This document shows positions 36,137 to 45,901 of a stretch of DNA of 54,408 bases, piece after piece; positions within the stretch are counted from its first letter, which is position 1, and each line of letters begins with the position of its first letter. Location: assembly GCA_023246005.1 (NCBI GenBank), contig JAHFJG010000008.1, positions 1 through 54,408 of the forward strand, read 5' to 3'. A model generated the notes under the pieces. The model had not been told where the DNA came from and ran no database searches. It was given only the letters and a program-made list of their open reading frames with translations. This stretch comes from Candidatus Doudnabacteria bacterium. GTDB taxonomy: Bacteria; Patescibacteriota; Doudnabacteria; UBA920; O2-02-FULL-48-8. The translations under genes were made by a program, and so were the position numbers.

Positions 36137-37144
36137 CTATTTACTAGCCAAAATGCTCTTTTTGTAACTATCCAAATTATCCAAAGCCACGCCAGTGCCT
36201 TTCACAACGCACAAAATCGCGTCTTCAGCCACATAAGCTGGCACCCCGGTTGATTGGCCAATTAGTTTATCCAAATTTTTCAGCAAAGCAGTGCCGCCGG
36301 TCAGAACCATACCCTTGTCTATAATGTCTGCTGCCAATTCAGGCGGGGTTTCCTGCAGGACAGAACGAATGGCTTTGATTATTTCTCTAAGTTCTTCTTG
36401 AATGGCTTCCACGACTTCGTTTGTGGAAATTGTCACAGTCTTGGGCAAACCTTGCAGCATATCGCGCCCACGGATTTCCATGGTCAGTTCTTTTTCCACT
36501 GGCATGGCCGAGCCAATTCTGATTTTAATTTCTTCAGCCGTTCTGTCCCCCACTGCCAAACCGTATTTTTTTTTGATAAAATCCGCAATCGCCTGGTCCA
36601 TTTTATTACCCGCTACCCGCACAGAGGTTTGAGTGACAATACCGCCAAGGGACAGAATCGCCACATCAGTCGTCCCGCCGCCCATATCTATAACCATATT
36701 GCCAGAGGCTGCAGAAATATCAATGCCAGCGCCAATAGCCGCGGCCACTGTTTCCTTAATTACAAAAGCCGCTTTTGCCCCTGCGGCTTGAGCCGCGTCA
36801 ATCACGGCCCGGCGTTCCGTGGAGGTAATGCCTCCTGGAACTGAAATCATGACTTCTGGGCGAAAAAATCTGACATTGCCAACGGTCTTGTTTATAAAAT
36901 AACGAAGCATAGCTTCGGTTATGCGATAATCAGCAATCACACCATCCTTCATTGGTCGATGCGCTACAATCGTATCAGGAGTCCGCCCCAGCATTTCTTT
37001 GGCTTCCGCTCCCACAGCCAAAATTCGATTATCAATAATCGAAATCGCAACCACGGTTGGCTCGTTGATGACTATGCCTTTTTTCGGCACATAAACTAAG
37101 GTGTTGGCTGTGCCTAAATCAATCCCAATCTTTTTTAAAAACAT
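36137..37144 (-). CDS. mreB: MreB/Mbl paralogue
   Basis: IGIDLGTANT, DMGGGTTD, LTGGTALL; start ATG 37144. Confidence 0.93.
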   Translation of the reverse strand: MFLKKIGIDLGTANTLVYVPKKGIVINEPTVVAISIIDNRILAVGAEAKEMLGRTPDTIVAHRPMKDGVIADYRITEAMLRYFINKTVGNVRFFRPEVMISVPGGITSTERRAVIDAAQAAGAKAAFVIKETVAAAIGAGIDISAASGNMVIDMGGGTTDVAILSLGGIVTQTSVRVAGNKMDQAIADFIKKKYGLAVGDRTAEEIKIRIGSAMPVEKELTMEIRGRDMLQGLPKTVTISTNEVVEAIQEELREIIKAIRSVLQETPPELAADIIDKGMVLTGGTALLKNLDKLIGQSTGVPAYVAEDAILCVVKGTGVALDNLDSYKKSILASK

Positions 37145-37145
37145 G

Positions 37146-38399
37146 CTAGTCTTCTCTCTTAATGTCTGCTCCAATTGCGCTCAAACGTTCCTCAAGATTT
37201 TCATATCCTCTATCCACGTGCTCAACCCCTTCAATTTCCGATTCCCCAGAAGCTGTCAGGGCCGCGATAACCAAGGTGATTCCCATTCGCAAATCATAGC
37301 TAGTTATTTTAGCAGAATGCAGGGGAGTTGGGCCAGTAATTTTTACTCGATGCGGATCCAAGACTTGAACATTGGCTCCCATTTTATTTAATTCCGGCAC
37401 ATAGCCAAGGCGGCTTTCATACATCCACTCGTCAAACAACGATTCGCCTTGGGCTTGGGTTGCTAAAACAGCCATAGGCGGCATGAAGTCTGAATTCAAC
37501 TTTGGATAAAATCCGCACTGAATTTTGGTCGCTTGATAATCGCTTTTGGGTTCAAAAACTTCCACAGAATCTTTATTAACAGCGAAATTGACATTCATTT
37601 TCCTAAGCTTGAGCAAGTAATCTTCTAAATTTTCTGAATTGAGTTTGGATATCTTAATGTGACTCTTCGTGGCTGCTGCCAGCGTTATGAAACTGGCAGC
37701 TTCTTCGCCGTCAGCAATTATCTTCAGATCTACGCCACTTAATTTTTTCACACCCTCAATAATAATCGTCGGCGTGCCGAAACCAGAAATTTTTGCTCCC
37801 ATCTTTTCGAGCATGGCGCCCAAACACTGGACATGCGGTTCCATAGCCGCCAGCCTAATCACAGTCTTGTCAGTTGCTAGGCTGGCGGCCATCATGGCAT
37901 TTTCTGTAGCAGTGACAGAGGTTTCTTCAAGGACAATTTTACTTCCTTGCAAATTTTGCGCATTAAATTCTACCACTTCGCCGACTTTCACTTCAACCCC
38001 CAAATCTTTCAAGGCCGCAATGTGCGTGTCGATTGGCCTAACTCCAATTTTATCCCCGCCTGGGTGCGGAAGCGAGACTTTCCTTGCCCGTCCGACCAGC
38101 GGCCCAACTAGTAGTATTGAACCGCGGAGTTTGGAAACTAGTTCTGGATTTAAATTCGTTTTAACCAAATTTTTCGCTTCAATCAAAACTTCATGATCCC
38201 GCACTTCGACTTTTACGCCTAAGTCCCTTATGATTTCAGCCATTGTCATGACATCGCCGATCATTGGGACATTGGTTAAGCGGCAAGGCTCATCTGTCAG
38301 CAAACAAGCAGCCATGCAAGCCAGCACCGCATTCTTTGATCCGGATACTTCAATTTCCCCTTTCAAGTTTTTTCCGCCATTGATGATAAATTTGCTCAT
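37146..38399 (-). CDS. murA: UDP-N-acetylglucosamine 1-carboxyvinyltransferase
   Basis: SGSKNA, PGGDKIGVRP, SVTATEN, DRGYE. Confidence 0.95.
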   Translation of the reverse strand: MSKFIINGGKNLKGEIEVSGSKNAVLACMAACLLTDEPCRLTNVPMIGDVMTMAEIIRDLGVKVEVRDHEVLIEAKNLVKTNLNPELVSKLRGSILLVGPLVGRARKVSLPHPGGDKIGVRPIDTHIAALKDLGVEVKVGEVVEFNAQNLQGSKIVLEETSVTATENAMMAASLATDKTVIRLAAMEPHVQCLGAMLEKMGAKISGFGTPTIIIEGVKKLSGVDLKIIADGEEAASFITLAAATKSHIKISKLNSENLEDYLLKLRKMNVNFAVNKDSVEVFEPKSDYQATKIQCGFYPKLNSDFMPPMAVLATQAQGESLFDEWMYESRLGYVPELNKMGANVQVLDPHRVKITGPTPLHSAKITSYDLRMGITLVIAALTASGESEIEGVEHVDRGYENLEERLSAIGADIKRED

Positions 38400-39451
38400 A
38401 TAAATTCAGGTTCCGCAGTTACCCGCATTCCGGTTTTAGCCAAAATTTCTGCTTGAACCTGTTTGAATAATTCTAGCACATCCGCGGCTTTTGCATTACC
38501 CGTATTCACGATGACCACCGGTTGTTTTTCCCATAATTTCGCCTCACCAACTGCTTTACCTTTCAGTCCGCAAATATCGAGTAAAAAAGCTGTCGGAACT
38601 TTGATGCCATTTTTTTGGGGAAACTTATTTACAACTTGGATCAACCGGTCCACACCCTCTTGTCCAAAATTTTGTTTAGTGCAATACACGAGTGTATTAT
38701 ACTGCTCTTCTGTCAAAATAAAATTTTTAAAAAACGAGCCAACGGTGCCCATTTGTGTCAAATCCGGAAATTTATTTGCTCTGATCTGCTTTAATGCCGT
38801 GCGGATTTCATTCAAGGAAACCATGGCTTTATCTCGGCCGGCAAAATATTTTTTTAAATCCACATAAGTTAAATTGGGACTTGGAATTTTACTTAAACGA
38901 AAGTAAACACTCAAAATAACGTATTTATTTTTCCATTCTTGGTTTAGCTTGCTAGTACGGTAATTGAAATCAAGTTCTGTTTTTGTAAACTCTTTAACTT
39001 TTTGACTATTCAAACCTAAAACTTCAATCTTCTCAACAACATCACTGGCCTCCTGTCCATAACAACCAACATTTTGTACCGGCACGGCACCGGTTTTTCC
39101 GGGCACATGTGACAAATTTTCAATACCCCAAAAATTATTTTTTTCAGCGAACGCAACAACGTCATCCCAAATTTCACCGGCGGCTACCTTAAGCATCACA
39201 GAATCTTTGTCTTCAGAAACTTTTTCAATTCCCTTGAAATTAATTTGAATGACCAAGCCGACAAACCCCTGGTCTGAAATTAATACATTGCTCCCACCCC
39301 CCAATACCAAAACCGATAAGTTTTTCTGCTGGGCAAAATCAAGCGCTTCTTTCAATTCATTCAAGTTCGCCACATGCGCATAAAATGAAGCTGGTCCGCC
39401 AATGCGGAAAGTGGTGAGTTCTGATAGTGGATAATTAGTTTGGAAGTCCAT
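38396..39451 (-). CDS. murB: UDP-N-acetylmuramate dehydrogenase
   Basis: TTFRIGGPA, LGGGSN, GSFFKN, AEPEFI; start ATG 39451. Confidence 0.95.
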   Translation of the reverse strand: MDFQTNYPLSELTTFRIGGPASFYAHVANLNELKEALDFAQQKNLSVLVLGGGSNVLISDQGFVGLVIQINFKGIEKVSEDKDSVMLKVAAGEIWDDVVAFAEKNNFWGIENLSHVPGKTGAVPVQNVGCYGQEASDVVEKIEVLGLNSQKVKEFTKTELDFNYRTSKLNQEWKNKYVILSVYFRLSKIPSPNLTYVDLKKYFAGRDKAMVSLNEIRTALKQIRANKFPDLTQMGTVGSFFKNFILTEEQYNTLVYCTKQNFGQEGVDRLIQVVNKFPQKNGIKVPTAFLLDICGLKGKAVGEAKLWEKQPVVIVNTGNAKAADVLELFKQVQAEILAKTGMRVTAEPEFI

Positions 39452-39524
39452 ATAACTTAAGCATTTTAGCAAAAAATATGACTCTTGAAAATGGCATAAT
39501 TATAAGCTAAACTAAGTGTTAGTC

Positions 39525-40496
39525 ATGACTTTAAAACTTCGATTTTCACTCATTGGGTTTGGGATAATTTTATTCCTTATTGTGACCCCGATTTTAGTGC
39601 TCTACGCTCGGGGTTTTATGATTGACTTTAATACACGTCAAATCGTCAAAACCGGCGCCATGGTCATTAAAACCGACCCTGCCAAAGCCGCAGTTTACTT
39701 AAACGGCAAACAACAGCAGTCTTTGACACCGACAAATATTCGCTTTATGACTCCAGCAGATTACGACGTTCGGATCGAAAAAGCTGGCTTTCAAACCTGG
39801 ACCAAACGCTTAAATGTCCGCCAACAGTTTGTGACTTGGATTAATTTAAATCGCGAAGCTATAACGTTATTTTTAAAAGATCCGAAACTCGAACAAACTT
39901 GGATTACGAACAATGCCAAACCTTACACTGATGTAGAAGTTGCAAAGATAATAAATATTCAACAGCCGGTTCCAATGCCGATTGATTCTTGGTTTCTGGA
40001 AAATAATCAGCTAAAATACAAAAAAACCGATACAGATAATCCGCAAATCATCGCTGATAATATCCCTCCATTTACGAAAAGCCAAATTATTCGCGCGGAA
40101 AACCAAATTCACTTGATTTTAGACGATGCTTTGTACGCAGTTAACAACGGTTTGGAAAAAATTTATTCCCCAGTTCTCGCTGCGGCTTGGGATCCGGCTT
40201 CCAAACAATTGATTTTTGGCAACAATAATGAGATTTTAATTTATAATCCAAGCACGAAAAATACTGATCTGATTTTACGCAGTTCAAGCCAAATTAGTCA
40301 TCCCATGCTTAACTCCGAAACTGGCTATGTATTTTTTACCGCTGATAATAAAATAAAAGCTATTGAACTTGATAGCCGCGATAAAAAAAATATTTTCGAC
40401 TTAGTCGCGGATTTAGGAAATTTTACAATTTCAACAGATGGCAGAACATTGTATACTTTTAATAACACCAAAATCAATAAGTACACTATAAGGTAG
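39525..40496 (+). CDS. PEGA-domain membrane protein
   Basis: TM then KTDPAKAAVYLNG..YDVRIEKAGFQTWTK; promoter TTGAAA-N17-TAAACT. Confidence 0.75.
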   Translation: MTLKLRFSLIGFGIILFLIVTPILVLYARGFMIDFNTRQIVKTGAMVIKTDPAKAAVYLNGKQQQSLTPTNIRFMTPADYDVRIEKAGFQTWTKRLNVRQQFVTWINLNREAITLFLKDPKLEQTWITNNAKPYTDVEVAKIINIQQPVPMPIDSWFLENNQLKYKKTDTDNPQIIADNIPPFTKSQIIRAENQIHLILDDALYAVNNGLEKIYSPVLAAAWDPASKQLIFGNNNEILIYNPSTKNTDLILRSSSQISHPMLNSETGYVFFTADNKIKAIELDSRDKKNIFDLVADLGNFTISTDGRTLYTFNNTKINKYTIR

Positions 40497-40502
40497 TAGC
40501 GC

Positions 40503-40913
40503 CTAAAATCCGCCATTATCAAGCGCTTCGTTGACTAGTTGATCGGCTAGTTTATTTTTTTCTCTGCGTACATGTTTGAATTCAACTTGATTAAACCTGC
40601 CAGTTAACTTTAAAACTTCTTCTGCCAAAGGCTTAAGATGCGATTCTCGAATCTTATATTTGCCTTGTAATTGTCTAACGACCAACTCCGAATCCAGATG
40701 GCAAACTACTTTTAAAGCTCCGAGTTTAATTGCGGCTTCCAAAGCAGCAACCAAAGCTTTATATTCAGCCTGATTATTCGTCGTGACACCCAAATAGTGC
40801 CCATATTTTTTGATTAATTTTAAGCCCTCGTCATAAATTACAAAGCCAATCGCCGCAGGCCCTGGGTTGCCTCTGGCCCCGCCATCAGTGTAAATGACAA
40901 ATTTGTCAGTCAT
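40503..40913 (-). CDS. rnhA: ribonuclease HI family protein
   Basis: YTDGGARGNPGPA, TNNQAEY, DSELV, NKLADQL. Confidence 0.93.
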   Translation of the reverse strand: MTDKFVIYTDGGARGNPGPAAIGFVIYDEGLKLIKKYGHYLGVTTNNQAEYKALVAALEAAIKLGALKVVCHLDSELVVRQLQGKYKIRESHLKPLAEEVLKLTGRFNQVEFKHVRREKNKLADQLVNEALDNGGF

Positions 40914-42582
40914 AAAATTTTGTATCTAAAATTTTTAATTGCATGCTTTTGTTGCCATTCCATTCATTGCTGCCTAGCTCAAACACGGCATCCAGTCGCT
41001 GGCCAGGATTTAAACTTTCCTGCAAGAAAGATTGGCCAAATGCCATAGCTTCTAACAGATGCTCGCCAAATTTAACTCGCATTTTTAAATGCTGGCTAGT
41101 GCTCCCCACCAGTCGAAAATCAAACACCTCAAGCCCTCTACCCACAAATTTAGGTTTAGGATTGCCAATGCCGAACGGGCCTAAGCTGTCTAGAAAATTA
41201 ATATTTTCCCAAGTTACGTCCGAAGGCTGCAACTCGGCATCAATCTCCAATACCGGATCATTGATTGTCAAATTCAAATTTTCCGCATAATCCAAAAGTT
41301 TCTGATAAAAATTCATAATATTTTCGCTCGCTAAAGTAAACCCGGCGGCTTGCGTGTGCCCGCCGTATTTATGCAAAAAATCTTTAGCAAAATTTAGCGC
41401 TGCGACTATATCAAAATCTGCGACAGATCTCGCTGATCCGACAGCCAGGCCTTCAGCAGTACTCAAAGCCAGCACAGGCCGATTATATTCTTCTGCAAGC
41501 CTGCCGGCAACCAAGCCAACAACACCCTTGGGCCAATCGCTGCCGTGAGCTAATAAAACTTTTTTATCCGAAATTAATTCGATTTGAGACCGAGCTTCGC
41601 TTGTAATTTGTTCCGTCAGCATCTGGCGATGTTTGTTGAGTCCATTTAATTCTAAAGCCAAAGATTGGGCTTGTTGCGGATCCTCACTAATCAATAAACG
41701 AAATGCGATGTCTGCATGCTTGATCCGGCCAGCCGCGTTAATCCTGGGCGCTAAGATAAAGCCTAAAGTAAAAGTATCGAATTTATTTGACTTCAAAGCG
41801 GCTGTGGCTAACAAAGCTCTAAGTCCAATCCAACGGGTTTTGGCTAGAACTTTCAGCCCAAAACTGACTAAAATTCGATTCTCGCCTGCCAAACTCTGAC
41901 AATCTGCCACAGTACCTAGGGCCACCAAGTCTAATAACCACTTTTCGTAGCCAGAGCCAGTTTTAGAAAATAAGCCTTGCGCAAGCTTAAACGCCACTCC
42001 AACGCCGGTAAGATAAGCGAACGGGTATTCATCTTGAGGATTTTTTGGGTTAACAACTGCAAATGCCCTTGGCAGCGGGCCAGTCAGTTCGTGATGGTCA
42101 GTTATGATCAAATCCACTCCCAACGCTTTGCAAAGATTCGCTTCTTCAATCGCATTCGTGCCGCAATCAACTGTGATAATCAAACGAGTGCCGTCTGCTG
42201 CAATTTTCTTTACTGCATCTTCGTTCATGCCATAACCTTCGGAAAACCTGTCAGGAATATAATATGAAACCTGCGCCTCTAATTTTTTTAAAGCCAAAAA
42301 TAATACGCTGCAAGCCGTGATTGCGTCTGCATCATAATCAGCATAGATCGTAATTTTTTCTTTTTTGTCAATCGCTTGAAATACCCGTTCAATTGCTTTT
42401 TGCATATCCTTAAATAGAAACGGATCATGCAATTTGGCAAAATCTGGATCAAGAAAATCCCGAATGCTCTCGGTTTCCGTGATCCCGCGCAAAGCCAAAA
42501 GCCTGACAATCAATGCTGGATATTCCGGCAGACTGGGTAAATCTTTGGTTTCTATTTGCTTAACAATCCACCGTTTCTTCAT
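40906..42582 (-). CDS. recJ: single-stranded DNA exonuclease RecJ
   Basis: DYDAD, TVDCG, TDHH, PRINAAGR, GGHTQAAG. Confidence 0.96.
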   Translation of the reverse strand: MKKRWIVKQIETKDLPSLPEYPALIVRLLALRGITETESIRDFLDPDFAKLHDPFLFKDMQKAIERVFQAIDKKEKITIYADYDADAITACSVLFLALKKLEAQVSYYIPDRFSEGYGMNEDAVKKIAADGTRLIITVDCGTNAIEEANLCKALGVDLIITDHHELTGPLPRAFAVVNPKNPQDEYPFAYLTGVGVAFKLAQGLFSKTGSGYEKWLLDLVALGTVADCQSLAGENRILVSFGLKVLAKTRWIGLRALLATAALKSNKFDTFTLGFILAPRINAAGRIKHADIAFRLLISEDPQQAQSLALELNGLNKHRQMLTEQITSEARSQIELISDKKVLLAHGSDWPKGVVGLVAGRLAEEYNRPVLALSTAEGLAVGSARSVADFDIVAALNFAKDFLHKYGGHTQAAGFTLASENIMNFYQKLLDYAENLNLTINDPVLEIDAELQPSDVTWENINFLDSLGPFGIGNPKPKFVGRGLEVFDFRLVGSTSQHLKMRVKFGEHLLEAMAFGQSFLQESLNPGQRLDAVFELGSNEWNGNKSMQLKILDTKFYD

Positions 42583-42602
42583 AAAAACATTTTAGCATAT
42601 TT

Positions 42603-42625
42603 TAAAACCTCGGTTTCCCGAGGCT
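42603..42625 (-). terminator. intrinsic terminator
   Basis: CCTCGG-gaaa-CCGAGG followed by TTTT on minus strand. Confidence 0.6.
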
Positions 42626-43062
42626 TAAAGCATAATTGCTGCAGGACGATCATCGTCTTCGGGTTCGATTTTAGAACTATACTGGATTTCAACTGGAATC
42701 AATATATCTCTAACTGTTTTTAAAATATCAATTGGGCCGTCAAAACCCTTGACCATAAATCGAACCGACAATTCTCCGGCTTTCTTGCGATCCTCGGGTT
42801 TGCCTAAATGTGAAAAAATAATTATCGGAATAGTTACAGTCGAAGGGTTGCTGCGAATTTTATCAATCAATTCAAATCCGGTCATCCGTGGCATCAAAAT
42901 TCCACTGAATACCAAATCCGGCTTATCGTGCTGAATTTTTTCCCATGCGTCCTGGCCGTCATCCGCAACAGTCACATCAAATCCGGCGGAGTTAAAAACA
43001 TCGCGGTACAATTCGCGTTGAGAAAAATCATCATCAACAACCAGTATTTTTTTGCTCATCAT
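42625..43062 (-). CDS. single-domain response regulator (phospho-Asp replaced)
   Basis: ILVVDDD, PDLVFSGILMPRMTG (G where D is expected), FMVK. Confidence 0.85.
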   Translation of the reverse strand: MMSKKILVVDDDFSQRELYRDVFNSAGFDVTVADDGQDAWEKIQHDKPDLVFSGILMPRMTGFELIDKIRSNPSTVTIPIIIFSHLGKPEDRKKAGELSVRFMVKGFDGPIDILKTVRDILIPVEIQYSSKIEPEDDDRPAAIML

Positions 43063-44666
43063 TCTGTTTGTTTAATCAATTGCGACATTAGGCTTAATCC
43101 AGTCATTTCTGCAGGCTTATCAATACCTAACAATTCTAACAACGTAGGCGCAACATCTGAAAGAAGGCCCACTGGCACGACTCCTGCAAGAGAAGCAATT
43201 CCCATTGTTCTGGGATGCTTGCGCTTAAATTGATTGGCGACCAAAATCAAAGGCACTGGATTAGTCGAGTGTTTCTTATCAATACTGCTCGAATTGGTAT
43301 TGATCAATTCTTCAATATTTCCGTGATCAGCCGTAATCACTAAACATATATTTTGAGCCAGGCATTCCTCGGCAATTTTCTTTATACATTCATCAACTAC
43401 TTTTATGGCTTCAATCGAAGCGCTCATATCACCGGTATGTCCGACCATATCAGGGTTGGCAAAATTTACCAAAAAAAACGAGTAGCTTTCTTTAAGCTTT
43501 GATAAAAGCGCGTCAGTAACTTTATAAGCTGACATTTCCGGTATATCCACATAATTTTGGTAATTAGAAGCCGGAGACGTGACAATCTGACGGTCCTCGC
43601 CGGAAAAAGGATTAATAACGCCGCCGTTGAAAAAAACCGAGACGTGCGCGTATTTTTCCGATTCAGCCAAATGAAATTGGCGCATGCCTTGTTTGCTGAT
43701 CATTTCTGTCACGCCATTCGTCACTTCCTGGGGCGGAAACGCCACTTTCACAGGCAAACCGTTGGCAAATTCAGTCATGGTCACGACTAAAAAATTTTTA
43801 AACTGTTTGGCGGGTTTGACAAATTTGTTAAAATTCGGCTCAACCAAAGCGCGCGTTATCTGAAGCGCTCTATCAGAACGAAAATTAAAATGGACAACAG
43901 CATCGTTATCATTAATCAAGGCAACCCTGCCGTCTTCTTGCGTTATGACTGTTGGCGGAATCATTTCATCGAAAATATGTTGGGCATAATTCTCTTCGAT
44001 CGCAACTTCAGCAGAAGCAGCCTGCTTGCCTTCGCCAAATACCATAGCGCGATACGCTTGTTCCGTCAGGTTCCAATGTTCAGCACGATCCATGGCATAG
44101 AATCTGCCTGCAATAGTCGCGATTTTCCCGACATTGAAGCTTTTAATTTTTTTGGACAATTTATCCAGGCTATCCAAAGCAATTTGCGGCGGCGTATCGC
44201 GCCCATCTAAAAACATGTGAATATAAACCTTTGGCAAATCATGTTCTGCGGCCAACCCTAATAAGGCGTACAAATGTTCGTCATAACTATGCACCCCGCC
44301 CGGACTGATTAAGCCTATCAAGTGCAGCGTTGAATTATTCTTTTTGACGTGTTCGATAGCTTCCAAAAAAACTGGATTTTTAAAAAAACTTCGATCTTCA
44401 ATGGCAAGGGTAATGCGGGACAAATCCTGACCAACAATCCGCCCAGCGCCCAAATTCAGATGCCCGACTTCGGAATTGCCCATCTCCCCCCAAGGCAGAC
44501 CTACTGACGGGCCGGAAGCCTGAAGAGTCGTGGCTGGAAAATTTTCAATCAAATTATCAAAAGTCGCGGGTTCGGCCAATGTAATCGCATTGCCGCGGGA
44601 AGCTGAAGCGATCCCAAAGCCATCAAGCACAACTAGAACTAATTTTTTATAAGGTTTGATTTCCAT
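43059..44666 (-). CDS. gpmI: 2,3-BPG-independent phosphoglycerate mutase
   Basis: GNSEVGH, GRFYAMDR, NPDMVGHTG, TADHGN. Confidence 0.97.
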   Translation of the reverse strand: MEIKPYKKLVLVVLDGFGIASASRGNAITLAEPATFDNLIENFPATTLQASGPSVGLPWGEMGNSEVGHLNLGAGRIVGQDLSRITLAIEDRSFFKNPVFLEAIEHVKKNNSTLHLIGLISPGGVHSYDEHLYALLGLAAEHDLPKVYIHMFLDGRDTPPQIALDSLDKLSKKIKSFNVGKIATIAGRFYAMDRAEHWNLTEQAYRAMVFGEGKQAASAEVAIEENYAQHIFDEMIPPTVITQEDGRVALINDNDAVVHFNFRSDRALQITRALVEPNFNKFVKPAKQFKNFLVVTMTEFANGLPVKVAFPPQEVTNGVTEMISKQGMRQFHLAESEKYAHVSVFFNGGVINPFSGEDRQIVTSPASNYQNYVDIPEMSAYKVTDALLSKLKESYSFFLVNFANPDMVGHTGDMSASIEAIKVVDECIKKIAEECLAQNICLVITADHGNIEELINTNSSSIDKKHSTNPVPLILVANQFKRKHPRTMGIASLAGVVPVGLLSDVAPTLLELLGIDKPAEMTGLSLMSQLIKQTE

Positions 44667-44671
44667 TTAAT

Positions 44672-45901
44672 TTATTTTTCTTCCAAGGCCTTAATTGCCG
44701 GCAACTTGGTTCCTGCTAAAAATTCTAACATGGCCCCGCCGCCCATGGAAACGTGATCGATATATTCTGCGACTTTTGCCTGATCCACAACTTCGATAGT
44801 TTCTCCTCCGCCAATCACGCCGAACGCCGAGCCTTTAGAGCGTGTAGCAAAAATATGGGCAATACTTTTGCTCCCAAAAGCGTATCTGGGCTTTTCAATT
44901 AAACCAAAAGGTCCGTTCCAAACCAAAGTTTTACCCTCCCGGATAATTTTTGAAAATTTTCGAATGCTTTCCGGGCCAATATCTAAAATTAAATCATTAG
45001 GCATAACTTTATCCACGGCCACTAAACGTGGTTTTGATTCCAAATCACCAGCCACAACCACATCAATAGGCAAAATTATTTTATCCTTATACTGTCGCAA
45101 TAAATCTTTGGCCAATATCACATCTGTGACTTTTGATTTGCCAATTTCGTAACCTTTGGCCTTCAAAAAAGCGTTGGCTGTGGCTCCGCCGATCAATACA
45201 GCCTGCGCATATTTGGCTAAATTAGCAATAGTCGGAACTTTATCCGCAATTTTAGCCCCGCCAATCAGAACTATCAAAGGCGGCCTTGGATTTTTGATAA
45301 TTTTATTCAGAGACTGGATTTCTTTCAAAAAATCCACTCCGGCATAATGCGGCAATTTTGCAGCCAAACCAAAAGTTGATGATTCTTTTCTGTGAGCTGC
45401 AGAAAAAGCGTCATTGACATAAACATCACCAAAACCGGCAAGCAAATTGATAAACTTGGTTTCATTTGCCTCTTCACCTTTATAGAAACGCAAATTCTCC
45501 AAAAATAAAATACTTCCCGGTTCCACTGTTTGACTTAATCTTGAATAATCGCGCTTCGTAATGTCGCTGGTCAAAAAATTAACATGAGCCACAGCATAAT
45601 CAGGAAGCTTGTCTGAAACCTTGGTCACTGAATAATCAATCAGTTCGCCTAACTTTTCTGCCACTGGCCAGAGACTTTTTTCCGTTTGCCAGCCTTCTGG
45701 CCGGCCAAGATGAGCCATGATTATAATTTTAGCTTTTTGTTCAATCAAATAATTCAAAGTCGGCAAAATGTCTCTGATTCTGGTATCATCCGCAACTTGC
45801 CATTGCTCTGTTTGGATATTTTTTTCCAAAGGCACGTCAAAACCAGCGCGGATGATCACCCGCCGGCCAGTGACCTTTACTGATGTAATAGATTTGATCA
45901 T
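44672..45901 (-). CDS. pgk: phosphoglycerate kinase
   Basis: HLGRP, LENLRF, WNGP, SMGGGAMLEFL. Confidence 0.96.
   Translation of the reverse strand: MIKSITSVKVTGRRVIIRAGFDVPLEKNIQTEQWQVADDTRIRDILPTLNYLIEQKAKIIIMAHLGRPEGWQTEKSLWPVAEKLGELIDYSVTKVSDKLPDYAVAHVNFLTSDITKRDYSRLSQTVEPGSILFLENLRFYKGEEANETKFINLLAGFGDVYVNDAFSAAHRKESSTFGLAAKLPHYAGVDFLKEIQSLNKIIKNPRPPLIVLIGGAKIADKVPTIANLAKYAQAVLIGGATANAFLKAKGYEIGKSKVTDVILAKDLLRQYKDKIILPIDVVVAGDLESKPRLVAVDKVMPNDLILDIGPESIRKFSKIIREGKTLVWNGPFGLIEKPRYAFGSKSIAHIFATRSKGSAFGVIGGGETIEVVDQAKVAEYIDHVSMGGGAMLEFLAGTKLPAIKALEEK

Noticed and set aside
26531..37144. Two mreB copies as a recent duplication
   Set aside because: Proteins are clearly diverged and multiple MreB/Mbl paralogues are well known
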